A stretch of DNA of 64,000 nt from Lama guanicoe. Taxonomy: Eukaryota. The notes under the pieces were generated by a model. That model was given only the letters and a program-made list of their open reading frames with translations, did not search any database and was not told the DNA's origin. The DNA is taken from NCBI GenBank assembly GCA_013239625.1, contig MU053934.1, positions 3,986,399-4,050,398 on the forward strand, in the 5' to 3' direction. This document shows positions 63,770 to 64,000 of the stretch, piece by piece (within the stretch, counting starts at the first letter, position 1; every line of letters starts with the position of its first letter). The translations under genes were made by a program, and so were the position numbers.

Positions 63770-63880
63770 CCATCTCTGCGCATCCTTCGAGTGAGGTCAT
63801 CACAGCGTCTCTTCGTCTCTACAAATATTATTGTCTTATTTTCCTTTTCGGCCATTATTTCCTCCATGAGTTGGATCAAC
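63770..63880 (-). CDS. DDX17: DDX17 exon 9 (111 nt); the gene continues beyond the window
   Basis: TTTTCAG| then LIQLMEEIMAEKENKTIIFVETKRRCDDLTRRMRRDG then |GTGAG; motif IV. Confidence 0.95.
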
Positions 63881-64000
63881 CTGAAAATAAGAACAATAGT
63901 CATCCAGATAAGACTCCCAGCACACACATTACGTGGAAGCTATGTCTGCAGTATCAACCCTCCAAAGCTTTAGTACTTTAGTTTCATATTACTTTCTATA

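Noticed and set aside
1..64000. CRISPR arrays, rRNA genes, operons or intact transposase/RT genes
   Set aside because: No regularly spaced repeat-spacer pattern and no such ORFs. The window is intron-containing mammalian DNA.

Overview
Mammalian genomic DNA, probably camelid: two tRNA-derived SINEs resemble the camelid Vic-type family. The gene order matches human 22q13. (1) KCNJ4/Kir2.3 on the minus strand has a single coding exon at 11032-12366 and a non-coding first exon in a CpG island near 33.1-33.3 kb. (2) A complete five-exon KDELR3 lies on the plus strand, CDS 43857-53257, 214 aa. (3) The 3' half of DDX17 lies on the minus strand (last five coding exons plus a ~2.5 kb 3' UTR), tail-to-tail with KDELR3. 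The rest is introns and intergenic DNA rich in MIR, L1, hAT-type DNA transposon fragments and microsatellites. The most striking anomaly is an apparently perfect 455-bp tandem duplication (57641-58550) that copies a whole in-frame DDX17 exon with both splice sites. A perfect distant branch point (TACTAAC, about -123, inside a 130-nt AG-free zone) lies just outside the duplicated unit, so only one copy keeps it. The duplication may be a very recent mutation or an assembly artefact. The upstream intron also holds several strong cryptic splice sites that look like poison or decoy exons. No prokaryote-type systems such as CRISPR arrays or operons are present. DDX17 exon numbers follow recalled human annotation.
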